This document shows, piece by piece, positions 23,635 to 36,786 of a stretch of 64,000 nt of DNA. Source of the DNA: Tubulanus polymorphus. Lineage: Eukaryota > Animalia > Nemertea. The position numbers and the translations under genes were made by a program. Numbering within the stretch: the stretch's first letter is position 1; the number at the start of each line of letters is the position of its first letter. The DNA is taken from contig NC_134026.1 in assembly GCF_964204645.1 (NCBI RefSeq), positions 6,843,950 through 6,907,949 on the forward strand, in the 5' to 3' direction. Below the pieces are notes generated by a model. The model saw only the letters and a program-made list of their open reading frames with translations, did not search any database and was not told the DNA's origin.

Positions 23635-26600
23635 AAGATATTAGGTAATATTCAGAAAATAAAATTCAAAAACACGGCCATCTTGGACTAAACGCGAGAT
23701 TTAACGAGACAACACGAGACTTGACAAAAATTCAAAAATGGCATCCAATATGGCCGTAAAATTGTGGAATATATATGTGTTTAGCGTTTCAAATCTTAAA
23801 CGCCACCACTATCTATCCACCTCAAAAACCATCCACTCACTCATATAACACTTGACGTGGGCGTTGCCTGTTTATATGAAATAAGAATTTTATCAATTCC
23901 AAAACTGAAGTGTTGTTTATTGAAAAAAAAAATTCCCGGAGGCTGAATAAGTATTTATCGTTGACACTTTGATGATTCAAAATTATTCGCTTATACATAT
24001 ATTTATTATATACTAATAGAAATCTATCCAACGTAAATTCAAATAAGGTCACTTAACCTTTGATTTTAAATATGCAAGGCTCTAATTTATCTGAAGTATC
24101 ATCAGTTCTCCCGTATCGTTTCAGGGGTTTTTAAAACTTTGATGGCGATGAATTTATTTGAACGCCTCCAGCTCTGTGTGTATCTCGTGCGGGTCGATTT
24201 TCCACTTAAGCGAACGATCATCTTGAATTCAAATACCTATTTTATTTTTGTCGTTTTTAGCCCACAGACAAATATAATTTATATATAGTCAGTTGTTGTA
24301 GCGTTTGGTTTGAAAGCCTGGCAGCTATTTGGTATTGATTGGCGAAATCTTTTGATATCGTCAGCGAATTTTTGCTGATTTCAGCTACGATTTCATGCTC
24401 TAACTCACGCGGGTAGATTTTCTGTAGGCCTTGCTTGAAAGATGGCCGCTTACTAAGAAAGACCCTTTGGCTGTTGACAAACCTTTGAAACAGTTCAGCA
24501 GTTAAGATTTTAAATTAGTTCTCAATGTCGTACGTTGTCAATGACTTTGGAGTCGAAACTGAGGAATTTGCCACCATGACTGGCTACACTTCCTTTAAGG
24601 TTTAATAGTTTCGAATAAATAACCTTTTTTAAACCCTAGACTCTAGAGTCAAATTCAACAGTTCTATAAAGGTAACCTGGGACCGGAATTTAAGTGCTGT
24701 CAAGTTACCAAAAATATAGCATTGATAAATTAAATACAGTTGTGTTTCAAAATGCTTTGATCCTATCAGAACACATGTTATTTTTCTTGCATTTCCATAC
24801 ATTCACGTGTTGAGTTGTTTTGCACATCTCCCGAGAAAAATAATCATGAATTCGATGATTCAATATAGTCGCTTTTTTCTAAATCGAAAAATTGAACCCA
24901 ATTTGTTTCGCTTGAGGTAAAATAAACAAAACATTTATAGATTTATCTAAACAGATTATTGGGTTTGGGCAAAAAAATTCAAATATAAGACACTGGCGGT
25001 ACAGACAGACAGACAGAAACAGACAGAAAGACGACATCTCTGTTTAGAGTCTCGTGTATCATCATGTAACAGCAGAAGAGAAACACAAACTACGTATCCC
25101 GCCAGATGGTGCGAAGAGGACTCGGTCTTATGTGTAGTCATCATCGACCAACTTGATTTGAGCTGAATTCTGAGGTTCAGTTGCACAGTAGTCACTGACG
25201 TCCACAAGTGGGTCTTAAAATGCATATTAGATTCATTTTTCTATTCAGCGTTTTCTTTGATAGCTGATCTATTTTAGAGAAATTCAATCAATTCTAACAG
25301 AAATATATAGGAAATCGAACGTCACGGAATACTCCCGAGCAACTACCAGCGACACAGGCGGATCCTCACCTGCCAGACTGTCACTGCAGAAGCGACCGAG
25401 GTTCCCCATAGGTATACGCAATAGCATTGTTCTCTTGAAAGTCACACAAATAAAATCGTTTCTAATCGATGGATATATCAAATATCAAACTGCAAAAACG
25501 CCATCTAAGCGTTAAGAGTTTGCGTCACGATTAAACTCTATATATGTAGATGTATTGTTTTAGCCGCAGGCCTCTAACCATTTGCAGTTTAAAGTATGCA
25601 GGGTAAAGTTATGAGTGGAACAACACCTCCACTTCGGGCATCAACCGCCGCCACCGCCGCGCTATTTATTTGATTGATTTCATAGAAATTGAATATGTAA
25701 ATATGAAGAAGCTGCGACTGAATCGTGATCGCTGAGGGCGCATCCTTAAGCCATCGGGTTCGTATCCTGGATATATCGAAGAATTTTTCTTTGCATGTCG
25801 AGCATCGGATATACCCTACATTCATTCCGGGTTCGAATCCTGATTATATTGTAGATTTAATTTTCCGCATTCTGGACATTGGGTTGAATCATAGAAGTAT
25901 TTTTCTAGATGTCGAACTTTAGATTTGAACCGCGAATTCATCGTTCATCATCATTCGAACATCATTTCAGGTTCGAACCGGGCGTTCATTTTTAGTATAC
26001 ATATAATCATTGATAATGTACTGTAACCTGCGGCACGCAAGGGCTCAGAAATAAGGTATGACTAAGTGATTGTTGAGCAATTTATCTGGCGTTATATCTA
26101 AATAGCCGACAGTAGGGAAAGCCGCTCATGATGAGGCATCCATAGTAAATACGTCCTCGTGCCTTTGATTGTATTACATGTTCCGGCCATTAAATATCTC
26201 CTTTCCTTCCTCTATTAGTCTCTCCTAATAACATAACTCTTCATCATAATGCTTATTAAACATCTAAGTGCATTATCTCTTCATTTCCTACCAAATTTTC
26301 GCTATTGCCGCATTTCTACGGCATCCAATCAGCGAGTCGGTTGTCAGTCATTGCTGATATGGGAAGCTCTTTACACGGAAAGCACGGTTCGCTATCGGAA
26401 CGCATTAAATTAAGCTGTTTCGTTTGAAACGGCCTTTCAGTGAGAAGTAGGCACGAATAAGTCTAGCAGAAACGAGGAGATACGGAGTGTAGTTAATGGG
26501 CTTCTTGTGATCTGAAACGTAACGAAATTTACAAGAAGTGAAGATAAAAAAAGAAACTGCCACAGACTCCGAATCATATTGACATGCGGCCGTCTTGTAA

Positions 26601-26783
26601 AGTGGCTGGTAGCGACATGTAGTGGTCGAACGGTGACGACACCAGCACCATCTAGTGTTCGAATGGTATGGTTGCTACGTTCATCTAGTGTTCGAATGTA
26701 GGCGTATATCAGCGCTAGTGGTCGAATGGTATAGGGAAGTCAGCGTCATCTTACGATGATTGGCGACACCTAGAGGTCGGAAA

Positions 26784-27083
26784 CCAGGTTCCATAGTCGA
26801 GATTAAGGTCCAAAAGTGGTCTTAATCTTAAGACTGGTCTAAAGTTGTTCGATTAGCTCAAAAAAACCAAGATAAGCTTAGACTGGTTTTATGTTAGCAT
26901 GACCATAGCACTTAGTTAGTCTTAAACTGGTCTTTTGTTGTAGTTGGCTATGGTATTAAGATGAGCTTGGACTTGTCCTAAGATTGGTTATGGAACTACG
27001 TAAGCAGGTCTTGACCTGGTCTTTAGTAGTAAGATTGGCTATAGAACTGAGATAAGCTTGGGTAATGATTATGGAATCGGCCC
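26784..27083 (+). mobile_element. Harbinger-like MITE with internal ~45-bp tandem repeat (TAAGACTGGTCTTAAGTTGTTAGATTGG...)
   Basis: Ends CCAGGTTCCATAGTCGAG and TATGGAATCGGCCC; relatives at 28978-29290 (inverted), 55370-55498, 50829-51003, 8450-8640 and 53850-53975. Confidence 0.7.
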
Positions 27084-27898
27084 TTAGTTTCTATCATATG
27101 AATTCAGATTGCTGAATTGTGGTGATATGATATGGAGATGTATGAGAGATGGGTGTCAACCCTATTTCAAAATCAAATTGTCTTTGTTTCTATGTTCGCG
27201 TGACTAGGTATCGAATAGACCTCTTGTTATTTAATATGTCATGATTGATTACTGAAATAAAGACCGATAAAATAAATGTAGATAGTTTATAAAGGTGTAT
27301 GAATCGATAAGTTAGCATTCTAACTGGAAACTTTTCTCTCTGTGATCCCTGTCTTAGCTGTGATCCTGTCTTTTGTTGTTTCGGATAAATCGTTATACCT
27401 ACCGCGTCTGTACTCGGTTGAAAACGATTTCGATGTATAATTTTGTTGGATAAAGTTTTGGATAGTCACCACGAATGGACACGTAAGCGCTTATTACTAA
27501 AACCAATTCGGGGGAAAAACAAACTTTGATGATAGACGAAATTACAGAAAATTGCTTTCGCATTCGACAAATATTTCTGAATTGACATTTTGAAGAACAA
27601 TAATCTATACATAGTGTGTCTAGTGACCAGGATAATGATAGTTTTATAAAATCCACAGATGCATGAAGCAACTATTTTGTCTAATAAGATCGTAAAATGT
27701 TCTACTTTTTGATACAACTGAAATGCATTTTACGCCTTGGTCAATAAAATAACAGTAAACTCTATGGGAAACTATTATGTATGCGTTATATTGTTTACTA
27801 TCGGGGCGTTTAAAAGCCTCGAGCAAAGCAAGAGAAAAAATACCCAAAAGCTTATCCCCGATTCTGGGATATGTTTCTTGAGAGAAGTCAAAACAGAT

Positions 27899-27966
27899 GT
27901 AGAGCCATGGCTCAAATCTGGACCACCAGGACAGAAGCCCAACGCGATGACCGCTAGACCATAGGT
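27899..27966 (-). mobile_element. tRNA-derived (SINE-head-like) segment
   Basis: Minus strand TGGTCTAGCGGT (A box) to GATTTGAGCC (degenerate B box) at tRNA spacing; too degenerate for a tRNA gene. Confidence 0.55.
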
Positions 27967-28977
27967 AGTGATTGACGCAGTTTATCTGGTCAGTGAGGAG
28001 TCAGGTGCAGTGACAGGTGACCAATCAGGTGTGGTGACAGGTGACCAGTCAGGTGTGGTGATTTATGACCAATCAGCTGGTCTGATGACTTAATTCACTA
28101 ACAATACCCGCTATCATTTTCTTGATTACAAGTTTCTGATCAGGTCCATGCTAGATATGAAGATAACCCTCCCGTGGCTACGTTGTTTTTGATTCTATTC
28201 TCTATTGTCGGAGGGAGGGGGATGTAATTGCTACACATCTGACCATTTGAACACTAAACGGGATCCATTCTAGTCCACGGTAGAAAGTTATAGACTGTTC
28301 TAGTAACCAATAGCTTTTTCTGAATATGATTTTTCGCCGATCAATAACAATTTTCGAAAATAAAAAACCGTTCGCTACGTATGTCGCTGCGTAAAATTGT
28401 ATATTGAGTTCATAGATGTGTTTTTTCTTGCAAATGTGTATTTTCAAAGTTACCGGGTAATGCTATATACCTACAGCTCTAATAGAAGAGATGATAGGCA
28501 CGTGTTTATGTGAAATAGAAACAGTTTGTTTGAAGTTACCTCTCATAAAACGCATTTCTGAATCGACGTTCTCTTTGTACTATTCACAGCCTGAAGTTTG
28601 AAAATGATCCAACGATTTCAAATGCTGTGAATAAAAAATCAAATTATGTCAGGAAATTTGTCGGTTGATATGTTCCTGTGGAGATATTGAAACTGCTCCA
28701 GTGGCCCCATCTGCAGTGCTTCTGATGTACTACGTACACAGAGCTATTCTATTTTTTTGCTACTTTTCCTTTTGGCAATCGTCCTAATATAATAACAAAC
28801 AGAGGGTTTCCCAACCATCCCCAGACGGATGGAAACTCAAGATTTTTTTCTTTGCACAATTTTGAACGTATTTCCGGTAGATGGCGCTCTTACGATATTT
28901 TGGAATTTCAGGTCACTAGAAGTAAAATTGGATTACTATTGTGGTATTAACATTAAGCAATTCTAGGGCAACTGCTG

Positions 28978-29290
28978 TCGGTTCAATAGACATGGCTTAG
29001 ACCAAAGACCAGTTAGCTAATTTTGTTTTCATGGCCAATCTAACAATTAAGACCAGTCTTCAAGCTCATTTCGTGTTTTTTATTACTAATGTAACAACTT
29101 AAGACCAGGGTAACACGTAAGTCCAGCTCATCTTGTTTCTATAACCAATCTAACAACTTAAAACCAGTCTAAGCTCCTTTTGGTTCTATAACCAATCTAA
29201 CAACGTAAGACCAGTCTAAGCACATTTTGTTTCCATGGCCAATCTTACATTTAGACCACATTTTGACTCAAGACTCGACTATGGGACCAG
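28978..29290 (-). mobile_element. Inverted copy of the 26784-27083 MITE family
   Basis: Repeated ccaatctaacaacttaagaccagtc units and end ctcgactatgggaccag. Confidence 0.7.
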
Positions 29291-32200
29291 CGTGTCTATA
29301 TTTGTTTCAATGTAGCGAGGTATTTGCCGAGAAAATATCATAATCATCCACAATGTGTAAAAGTGTAAATATTTTCCGACTAATTTGAAAAGATGCGGAA
29401 AAATCTGATGACTAGAGAGAGAGAGAGGGGGGAGAGGGATATATATTATAGACAGACGAGGTGTGATTAGTGTAACACGACACCGTTCTGAACAGGCAAT
29501 TATCTAGGAATTAAGTCTTATCGCGTAATAATCGTGCAGTAGTTCGACCAGATGATATTAATCCGCAATCAGTATAATATAAGTACGAACTGATTACGCA
29601 GCGAATGATATAATGTTCTTAGTCATTCGACAATAGTCATCCGATCTACGTCTTTCTTCGCGTATTAACATCACGGTGAGATTGTGATTAATTCAAGCGG
29701 CTAAAAAGGAACTAATTACACGGATGAGGCAGTCACGTGGTCCCGCCGGTCCGTGTGTCGGCGGCCGCGGAATAATCCGATCGCTGGTAATTGAAAAGAT
29801 TAAATAAATATAACGCATCGATCAAAAGGGTGCAACACGAGAACGGCTGAGATTACTTGTAATAGCTCTATTAACGAGACAAATTAAGCATGAATCCTTT
29901 AAGTACCTTATATACTTTTGTTCCACACGTTGGAATCTTTTGGTTCATACTTCACGTGCTGCCAATAGTCGGCAGCGTTTAGTTATTAATGCGTTGACAT
30001 AAAATCTGAACGTTCTCACAAGCGCGCACCGGTTAACGGAAATTAGACTTATTGATTTTCTAGTTAGGTCTTCTTAGTGGAAAACAGTAATTATTTCGTG
30101 CGCGGTGCAGTGATTCTGTGTGTGATACTAGGAGTCGTCCTTCTCAGTTGCGCAGAGGCACAAAACAATGGAGGAGATTGTTAGAATGAAAGCTTTCCCA
30201 CCCGCGGGTCCGCATCGACTGTGTTACAGAGCTGAAATGTGATCTAAGCTCTTTTTTTTAAAGGGGGGATATCGACGTGAAAATTGTTTGAAATTGGTTT
30301 TATGTGGTGATGGTTGGTAATTCAATACATGCTTGTATAATGGATCTCTTATCTATCTACTCACAGATACATGTTTCACAGATTGATAATCTGTCTTTTG
30401 ATTGCGAGAGCCCTTTAAACTCTAAGCGGTTGTATACAGACTATTTTGCGCCTGAAATAGAATGTATATACATTTATCTGTTTGTACCGACGAATAAATT
30501 CACAAGTAGGTGTCGCTGAATTCTCATAAAAAGGCGCCACCTAATGGGAATATTAGAAAATAACGACGTGATTAATCATTCTACTTGTACGAGGTTAACT
30601 CTTTAAAATATAACGTTAACTCCGCCAGTAGATGGCGCTCGATTCCTATAGTCAATAAGCGACATCTAGTGGTGATGTCAGGACTTCGATGAAATATCGT
30701 CATTTATTTCGGTCATTATCTCGGCGATAAATTCTCGCTTTGTTGTGAAGTTACCGTGAAACGATTCGCTTTTAACGAGACCTGTGAATGTTTTCTCGTA
30801 GAAAAACTGTCTCATCATTAAAAACTCACAATAACAACATCGCTTCGCGAATTGTTTTTACCTTTCATGGTTAATTGCCTATTACTGAATGCGTATATGT
30901 ATATCTGTCTATAGCTGTGAGGCACTGGGGATAGATAAAGGGGGACTGAGAGACACGGATGATATTGTGCTGAGATCAATGAGCCAATAATTACTGTAAC
31001 GATCAATGAATAATACCCGAGCCTCGTCGCTCGCTCGCTCGTTCGTTCGTCGTCGTCGTATACAACTTTATTTTCTATCAGCTCCAGTTTCAAAGACGAT
31101 TATCCTTCAAATAAGAGCGATACAGAACTAGAGAATCCGTCTGAGAGCCATGATCGACTGACAGGCCACCGCCGGTCCCAGGTCGAAAACTGTTAATTAT
31201 TTCTCCTAATTGTAATTCTAACCAGTGCCCGCGGCAGCGATCATCGATTTCGATTGGTTGCCAGAGGATTGTTATAATGAATGGCGGATTTGTGAAAGTT
31301 GCTCGACTATCAGCGATGCGAGATGTGGATGATATGTCAAAAGGGTTTTAAATTGTCGACTGATAGAAGTTAATCAGGTGTAGACGCTACATAAATCAAC
31401 TTGGGAAATACACAATATTGATCGATTTTGATAGAAATGTTGTCAGAAATCCATATCCCTTCCCCCACCCCTCCCTCACTCCCTCTCCCCCTCCGAGATT
31501 CTGAACGTTTTAGGATATCATCTTACTTCGGGCTCAAACAAAACAAAATGCAATTTCAATTCAATTCATTATTCACAAATTGATTGAATTTCTGTTTTTA
31601 AGAACATTATTTACAAAAAAAGAATAAAGGAAAGGATGATTGATCATTAACGACTATTTACAAACACACAGTACCACTAGGGGGCGCTTCCCATACCACT
31701 ATATATTTACTTTTATTAACGCACAACCTGAAGAGACATTAATGACACATAACACCACCAGGGGGCGTACCAAGTGACGTAATTTCACGCTATCGAGAAT
31801 ACATGAGAGGATCTCGATTTTATGAGAACACTTCCTTGTGGACTGGTCACCGCTTCTATATCCGCTCCCTCCCCGTGGACTAGAGTTACCACTTCTAGTC
31901 TGGAATGTTCTTTTATTCGTGCTACCGGTAACCAGTCTAACTAATAGCCGTATAATTGGCAGCGATCAGTAGTAGCGGCGTCACGTAACCAATCCAACTC
32001 GTCAGCACCGGCAGCAGATCGATGAAGTCATCGTTCAGTCACATTAGAGGATAATAACTCTAGATTCCGCCATTAATAGAATTCAATTAGCGCTATGTTC
32101 CGTTCTACTCGAACCGCGCGTCTACGCACAAAGGAAGCAACTTCGAAACCTTAGATTTAATGAGATAGACTTCGATAGCGATTTGCTATAAATTGAACGC

Positions 32201-32566
32201 GCTGGTGTTTCCGGTTGTTTCCGGCTGTTTCCGTGATTTTCCGGCTCGTGTGACGAACTGCTAATAGGGTTCTCAATTCATTCAATTGTGTCGAGAATTT
32301 ACAAGGATAAAAACCGCTGATAAATGGTTTACTTTGTGTCTCATTATTTCGTGACCTCAAGAGATCGTAAGCGGCTGACACTCGCCACAAAAACCATCAA
32401 TACCAGCGAACATTCATTTCTATCGCTGATAAAAGAAAAAATGATTTTCATTGACACGATAATTGAACGTTACGCAATGAACATTTTTTCTCTTTTCAAG
32501 GTAGAAACTAAATTTTTCTTTGTGATCAAAACCAAAAATAATCGTGAGACTTTTCGTAAAAACGAT

Positions 32567-32632
32567 CACAGACTCGAACCCAGGTCATACTGCTCTGTAG
32601 GCGAGCATGTTGCCGAGACCACTGAGCTTTAG
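32567..32632 (-). mobile_element. tRNA-derived (SINE-head-like) segment
   Basis: Minus strand AGCTCAGTGG (A box) and GGTTCGAGTC (B box). Confidence 0.55.
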
Positions 32633-33379
32633 CCTGTAAGATCGTCTGGTTAGTATGTTGACGATTTTAGAAGTGGTGACCAGTCATTGTCACTGGTCAA
32701 ATCACTAACAGAACACTTGAGTTTCTCCAGTAGGTTCGTGGTGACGGATGGGTGCCAGAATGAGCTAAACGCAAACAATTGATATATAATTCATTTCAAA
32801 ATTAAAAATGATTCGAATATTTTTGAACTCTTTTATCCCAAACAGTATCATCGATCGGCAAGTCATTATAACGTATAATTTCCCCTGATATCACAGAATA
32901 CGTAACATGCTAGCCTCGAGATGTGCTTCCGGCGAAATGTATCGTCAACTTTGAACACGAAAATATATTTGAGTTCGATCAATTTTTGCTCGATAGATTG
33001 TCTCGTCCTGCGGCAGCCAGAGACTTGAATATCTGAATTTTTAAATTGTCAAGAATGCCTAGTGACTTTTAAATCCTAGAATAAAGTTGAACGGTTTAAG
33101 TAAGTTCATAGCTAGGCGCGCCCATCCAATTTAGAAACTTTTGTGTTTGATTCAACAATTTAAATTTCAAATTGATCCGGCAGAAATTCCATCTCCTATA
33201 GCTACAGGGGGGCGGTATCGACAGAAAATCAGCTGATATAAACACTCTTACCTGGGGGCTGTCACACAAATTTACAGTGCGAAATGTAGATGAACACAAT
33301 CAATTCAAATATTGCCTGCGAGTTTGAGTATAGTGTTTCACCTCATTAGTATGAAATCAAACGACGCCAGTTAAAATAG

Positions 33380-33627
33380 CAATGAGTAGTGCTGCAATCG
33401 ACTGTGGCAATCGAGGATTCAACTTGCTGCAATTGAGGACCCACGTGGTGTCGCACGTGTGCAGTGGGACATCAACTACTGCATCGATAGATGATTCCAC
33501 TTGTGGCAAGTGAGGATCCAATGAGTGCCGCTATTGTGCAGTAGGACATAAAGCTATTGTAGCGATCAGGGATTCCGCTTGTGGTAACTGAGAATCCACA
33601 AGGTGTCGCTTGTGTGCAGTAGGACAA
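33380..33627. repeat. Degenerate tandem repeat, about 80-85-bp period
   Basis: Recurrent tgtgcagt(g/a)ggaca and gattcc(a/g)cttgtgg motifs. Confidence 0.65.
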
Positions 33628-34540
33628 TAATGCAGAATTTCTCCTCAGTTTTCTTCCCTAATTTGATGCCGGATTTCTTCTTGGTTTCAAAATCTGACGC
33701 TGAGATATGTTCTAATAGTGTATAAGTAGTATCATAGAATTAGTCTGCATCATTTTCGATTTATTTTGCCACAAATACGGGAGCATAATAAAAGATAGCT
33801 CCCAGTCAGATCACAACCGTGTCGGACCACAGAGTGTATACGTTATGTACAACCCGAAAACCGACAATAACAAACGACTGTTATTTAGAAAAAATCCCCG
33901 CGTGTCACGATAACTATCAAAATAGAGATTAACATCTTTTAAAATGCCTGTAGGGTTTTGTCTAGGTTTGAATGACTGAAGACTCGTATTGTGTCTTTAT
34001 ATTCGCTATACTACTTAGGTTTTTATTAAACGTTATATTCAGGAGTCGGTCTCGGTGTTTCTCGATTATTACAGATCTCAAGATTCGATAAGATACAAAT
34101 CTTTATCATAACAACAAACCATTAAATATCTAGTCTGAACTTTCGTGTGCGCGGAATAAAAGATCTTTTCATCCGTATGGCGACAGTCGCTTAAAAACCG
34201 TATGAATCGAAACAATGAATAAGTATTTCCAATTTAGTTCCCATTATTTATTAGTAAAACGTACAATAAAACGGTTGTACATGTTGGTTACATGTTGGTT
34301 GGGTTTTTATAGGTTTTATGGTGTGAAGTCACCATTCACTTGCAGTAAAAGTAACGTGAAAATAAGAATATTAACAACTTCTATTTTGAGGAGTTGTAGA
34401 GGAGCCGTGGTATGGAATTAGTAAATGCGAATACAAAACTTACTGTGTAGCGTTAGCTTGATTTTGTTAATCAACTGAAGAAAACTGAAAAAATGAAATA
34501 TATGAATATGTTGTTTTTATTTCTTTTGATGTTTTTCTCG

Positions 34541-34686
34541 TGATGAGGGCATAACCTCACCCGATGAGGGGATCAGCTCACCCAATGAAGGGATACCGCC
34601 TTTCCTGGTGAGGGGGATATCACCTCAGCTGATTAGAGGATGTCACCTCACCTGATGAAGGGATGTCACCTCACCTCATGAGGGGA
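34541..34686. repeat. Minisatellite, 21-24-bp unit TGATGAGGGGATNTCACCTCACC, about 6.5 copies
   Basis: Directly visible tandem units. Confidence 0.85.
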
Positions 34687-36169
34687 ATGTGATCTGGAAT
34701 ATGTTCGAAAGTGAACTTTTTGAATTTTTTACTTTTTGTAAAATCAGGTTTATCCATCTATCATTTTTTAAATGGATTTTCGGTTAGCCAAAATAATAAT
34801 AAAGAAAATATATCATCTTAAAGTTTTTATCTGTAGGCCTGGTCTAATCCAAGGAGTAAATTGATTGATTATACAAAACCGCGTAATGAATCTAATCCGA
34901 CATAATTACTCCTTGAATAGAAATCTGTTTGTTTTTTACTCATTTACTCATACCGCATTTAAGTCTTGGGGGACTATTTGAGTCAGAGCTGTAGTCGCGC
35001 GATGACAGCAGCAGCAGCGGCGGCGGCGTGGTTGGCATTTTAAATGAACACACGGTAAAAACTGAGCATTCTCACTCTCGGAGATAAGTGATTTGTAGTC
35101 TAAGCGCAATGAAAGCACGCTAACCGTACGAATTGCCCATACAATATTCAGATAGAGCTATTAGTTTGGGTTGGCCTCTAAGTAAATTCCTATTTCAGCC
35201 CGCATTATATAAATTGACGTGGATGTCTTGTGAGGCGTTGTTTCGGTGAATTATTTATGTAATTCGCTGACGGGTTAAGCTATGTTGTAAGATTGTCAGT
35301 CGTTTTCGGATAGTCCCCGCGTCTCTCGTTTCTGACGCGTTACGAATACGAAATCACTCATAAAAACGGTCACTTCTCCGATTTATCGTTTGGGTGACCA
35401 GATCATGACGTCGATTGGGTTCGAATCCTGGAAATAACTCTTTAAAAGCGGCAATGTCATTGGATTTTCAGGAGGCAATTTGGTTCGAATCCTGAAAATC
35501 GTATTCTGTTTTTTCAATGACCTTTTTGAACGTTTGGAAATATTTATCAAGGTTGTTATATCAAAAGATGATATTGAGGTCAAAAGGATTGACAATTGGT
35601 TTCGAATTCTGAATTTTGTATTCCATATTTTTCATTGGTGTTGCACGTGGATTTTCTGCTGAGGGTTTTTTTTTCAAGAAGATGGTTTATAGTTATAACT
35701 GATTGTTGTGTTATATATAGGAGGTGATGGCTTGTGTAAGGTGACCAAACCAATCCCTCCCGTCCATTTACCAGGTTTTACTATTTCTAAATTGAATATC
35801 GTGCATTATTCATTTCCTAAGCGAAAGAAATTGTCTATAAAAATCAATAAACTGCTAAAAAAAGGTTGACTAGAGCATGTCTGTCTGGCTGTATTTGTAT
35901 ACATTCACGCTCGTATGTCTGTTTAGGAAATTTACTGAGTTTAAAGAAAACACGAAACAGCATAGATATAAAAACAGAGAGTACTGTGAAGATTAGAGTT
36001 TTCGTTAGAAACTGTTAACTGATTTTATATGAAATCACGAGCATTTTGCCTCTAAGTAGCTTTTCAGGTAAGTAGTCAGGTTAGTAGTCAATGGAAAATC
36101 GACTCCACTTATCTAAAAAGACGAACAAGAAAATTGGCAGTTCTTTGTAGGTTCAGACTTTGTTAGAAA

Positions 36170-36212
36170 TTACGAGCTTTCGTTTGATGTGCTCGTAGCT
36201 TCATCAGGTAAA
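36170..36212 (-). ncRNA. Minimal type I hammerhead ribozyme motif (Penelope-type), stem II degenerate
   Basis: Minus strand UUAC-CUGAUGA-A-GCU...AAC-GAAA-GCUC-GUAA: core boxes intact, stem I UUAC/GUAA, palindromic AGCU stem III. Confidence 0.65.
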
Positions 36213-36456
36213 TGAATAATGTCAATGGGGAAACAACAGTATTCATATGGAGGGTGACAAACCAGTACATATAATGTAGGTAGATATATAAGTATAGAGC
36301 TGGGATGGTTTAGAAAAAAAATATATCGCTTGAAAGGAATATTCTATTGATCGAAATAGAATATTGGAACAACAATATAACGATATCGTTCTGGCAGGTT
36401 TTATAGCTGGAAGGTTAAAATACCTCGAGCAACAAACATCGGAATTTTCTGTGGAG

Positions 36457-36786
<330 letters not shown>

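Noticed and set aside
27899-27966. Functional tRNA gene (also 32567-32632)
   Set aside because: Acceptor and anticodon stems do not pair properly and the segments are embedded in repeats; treated as tRNA-derived.
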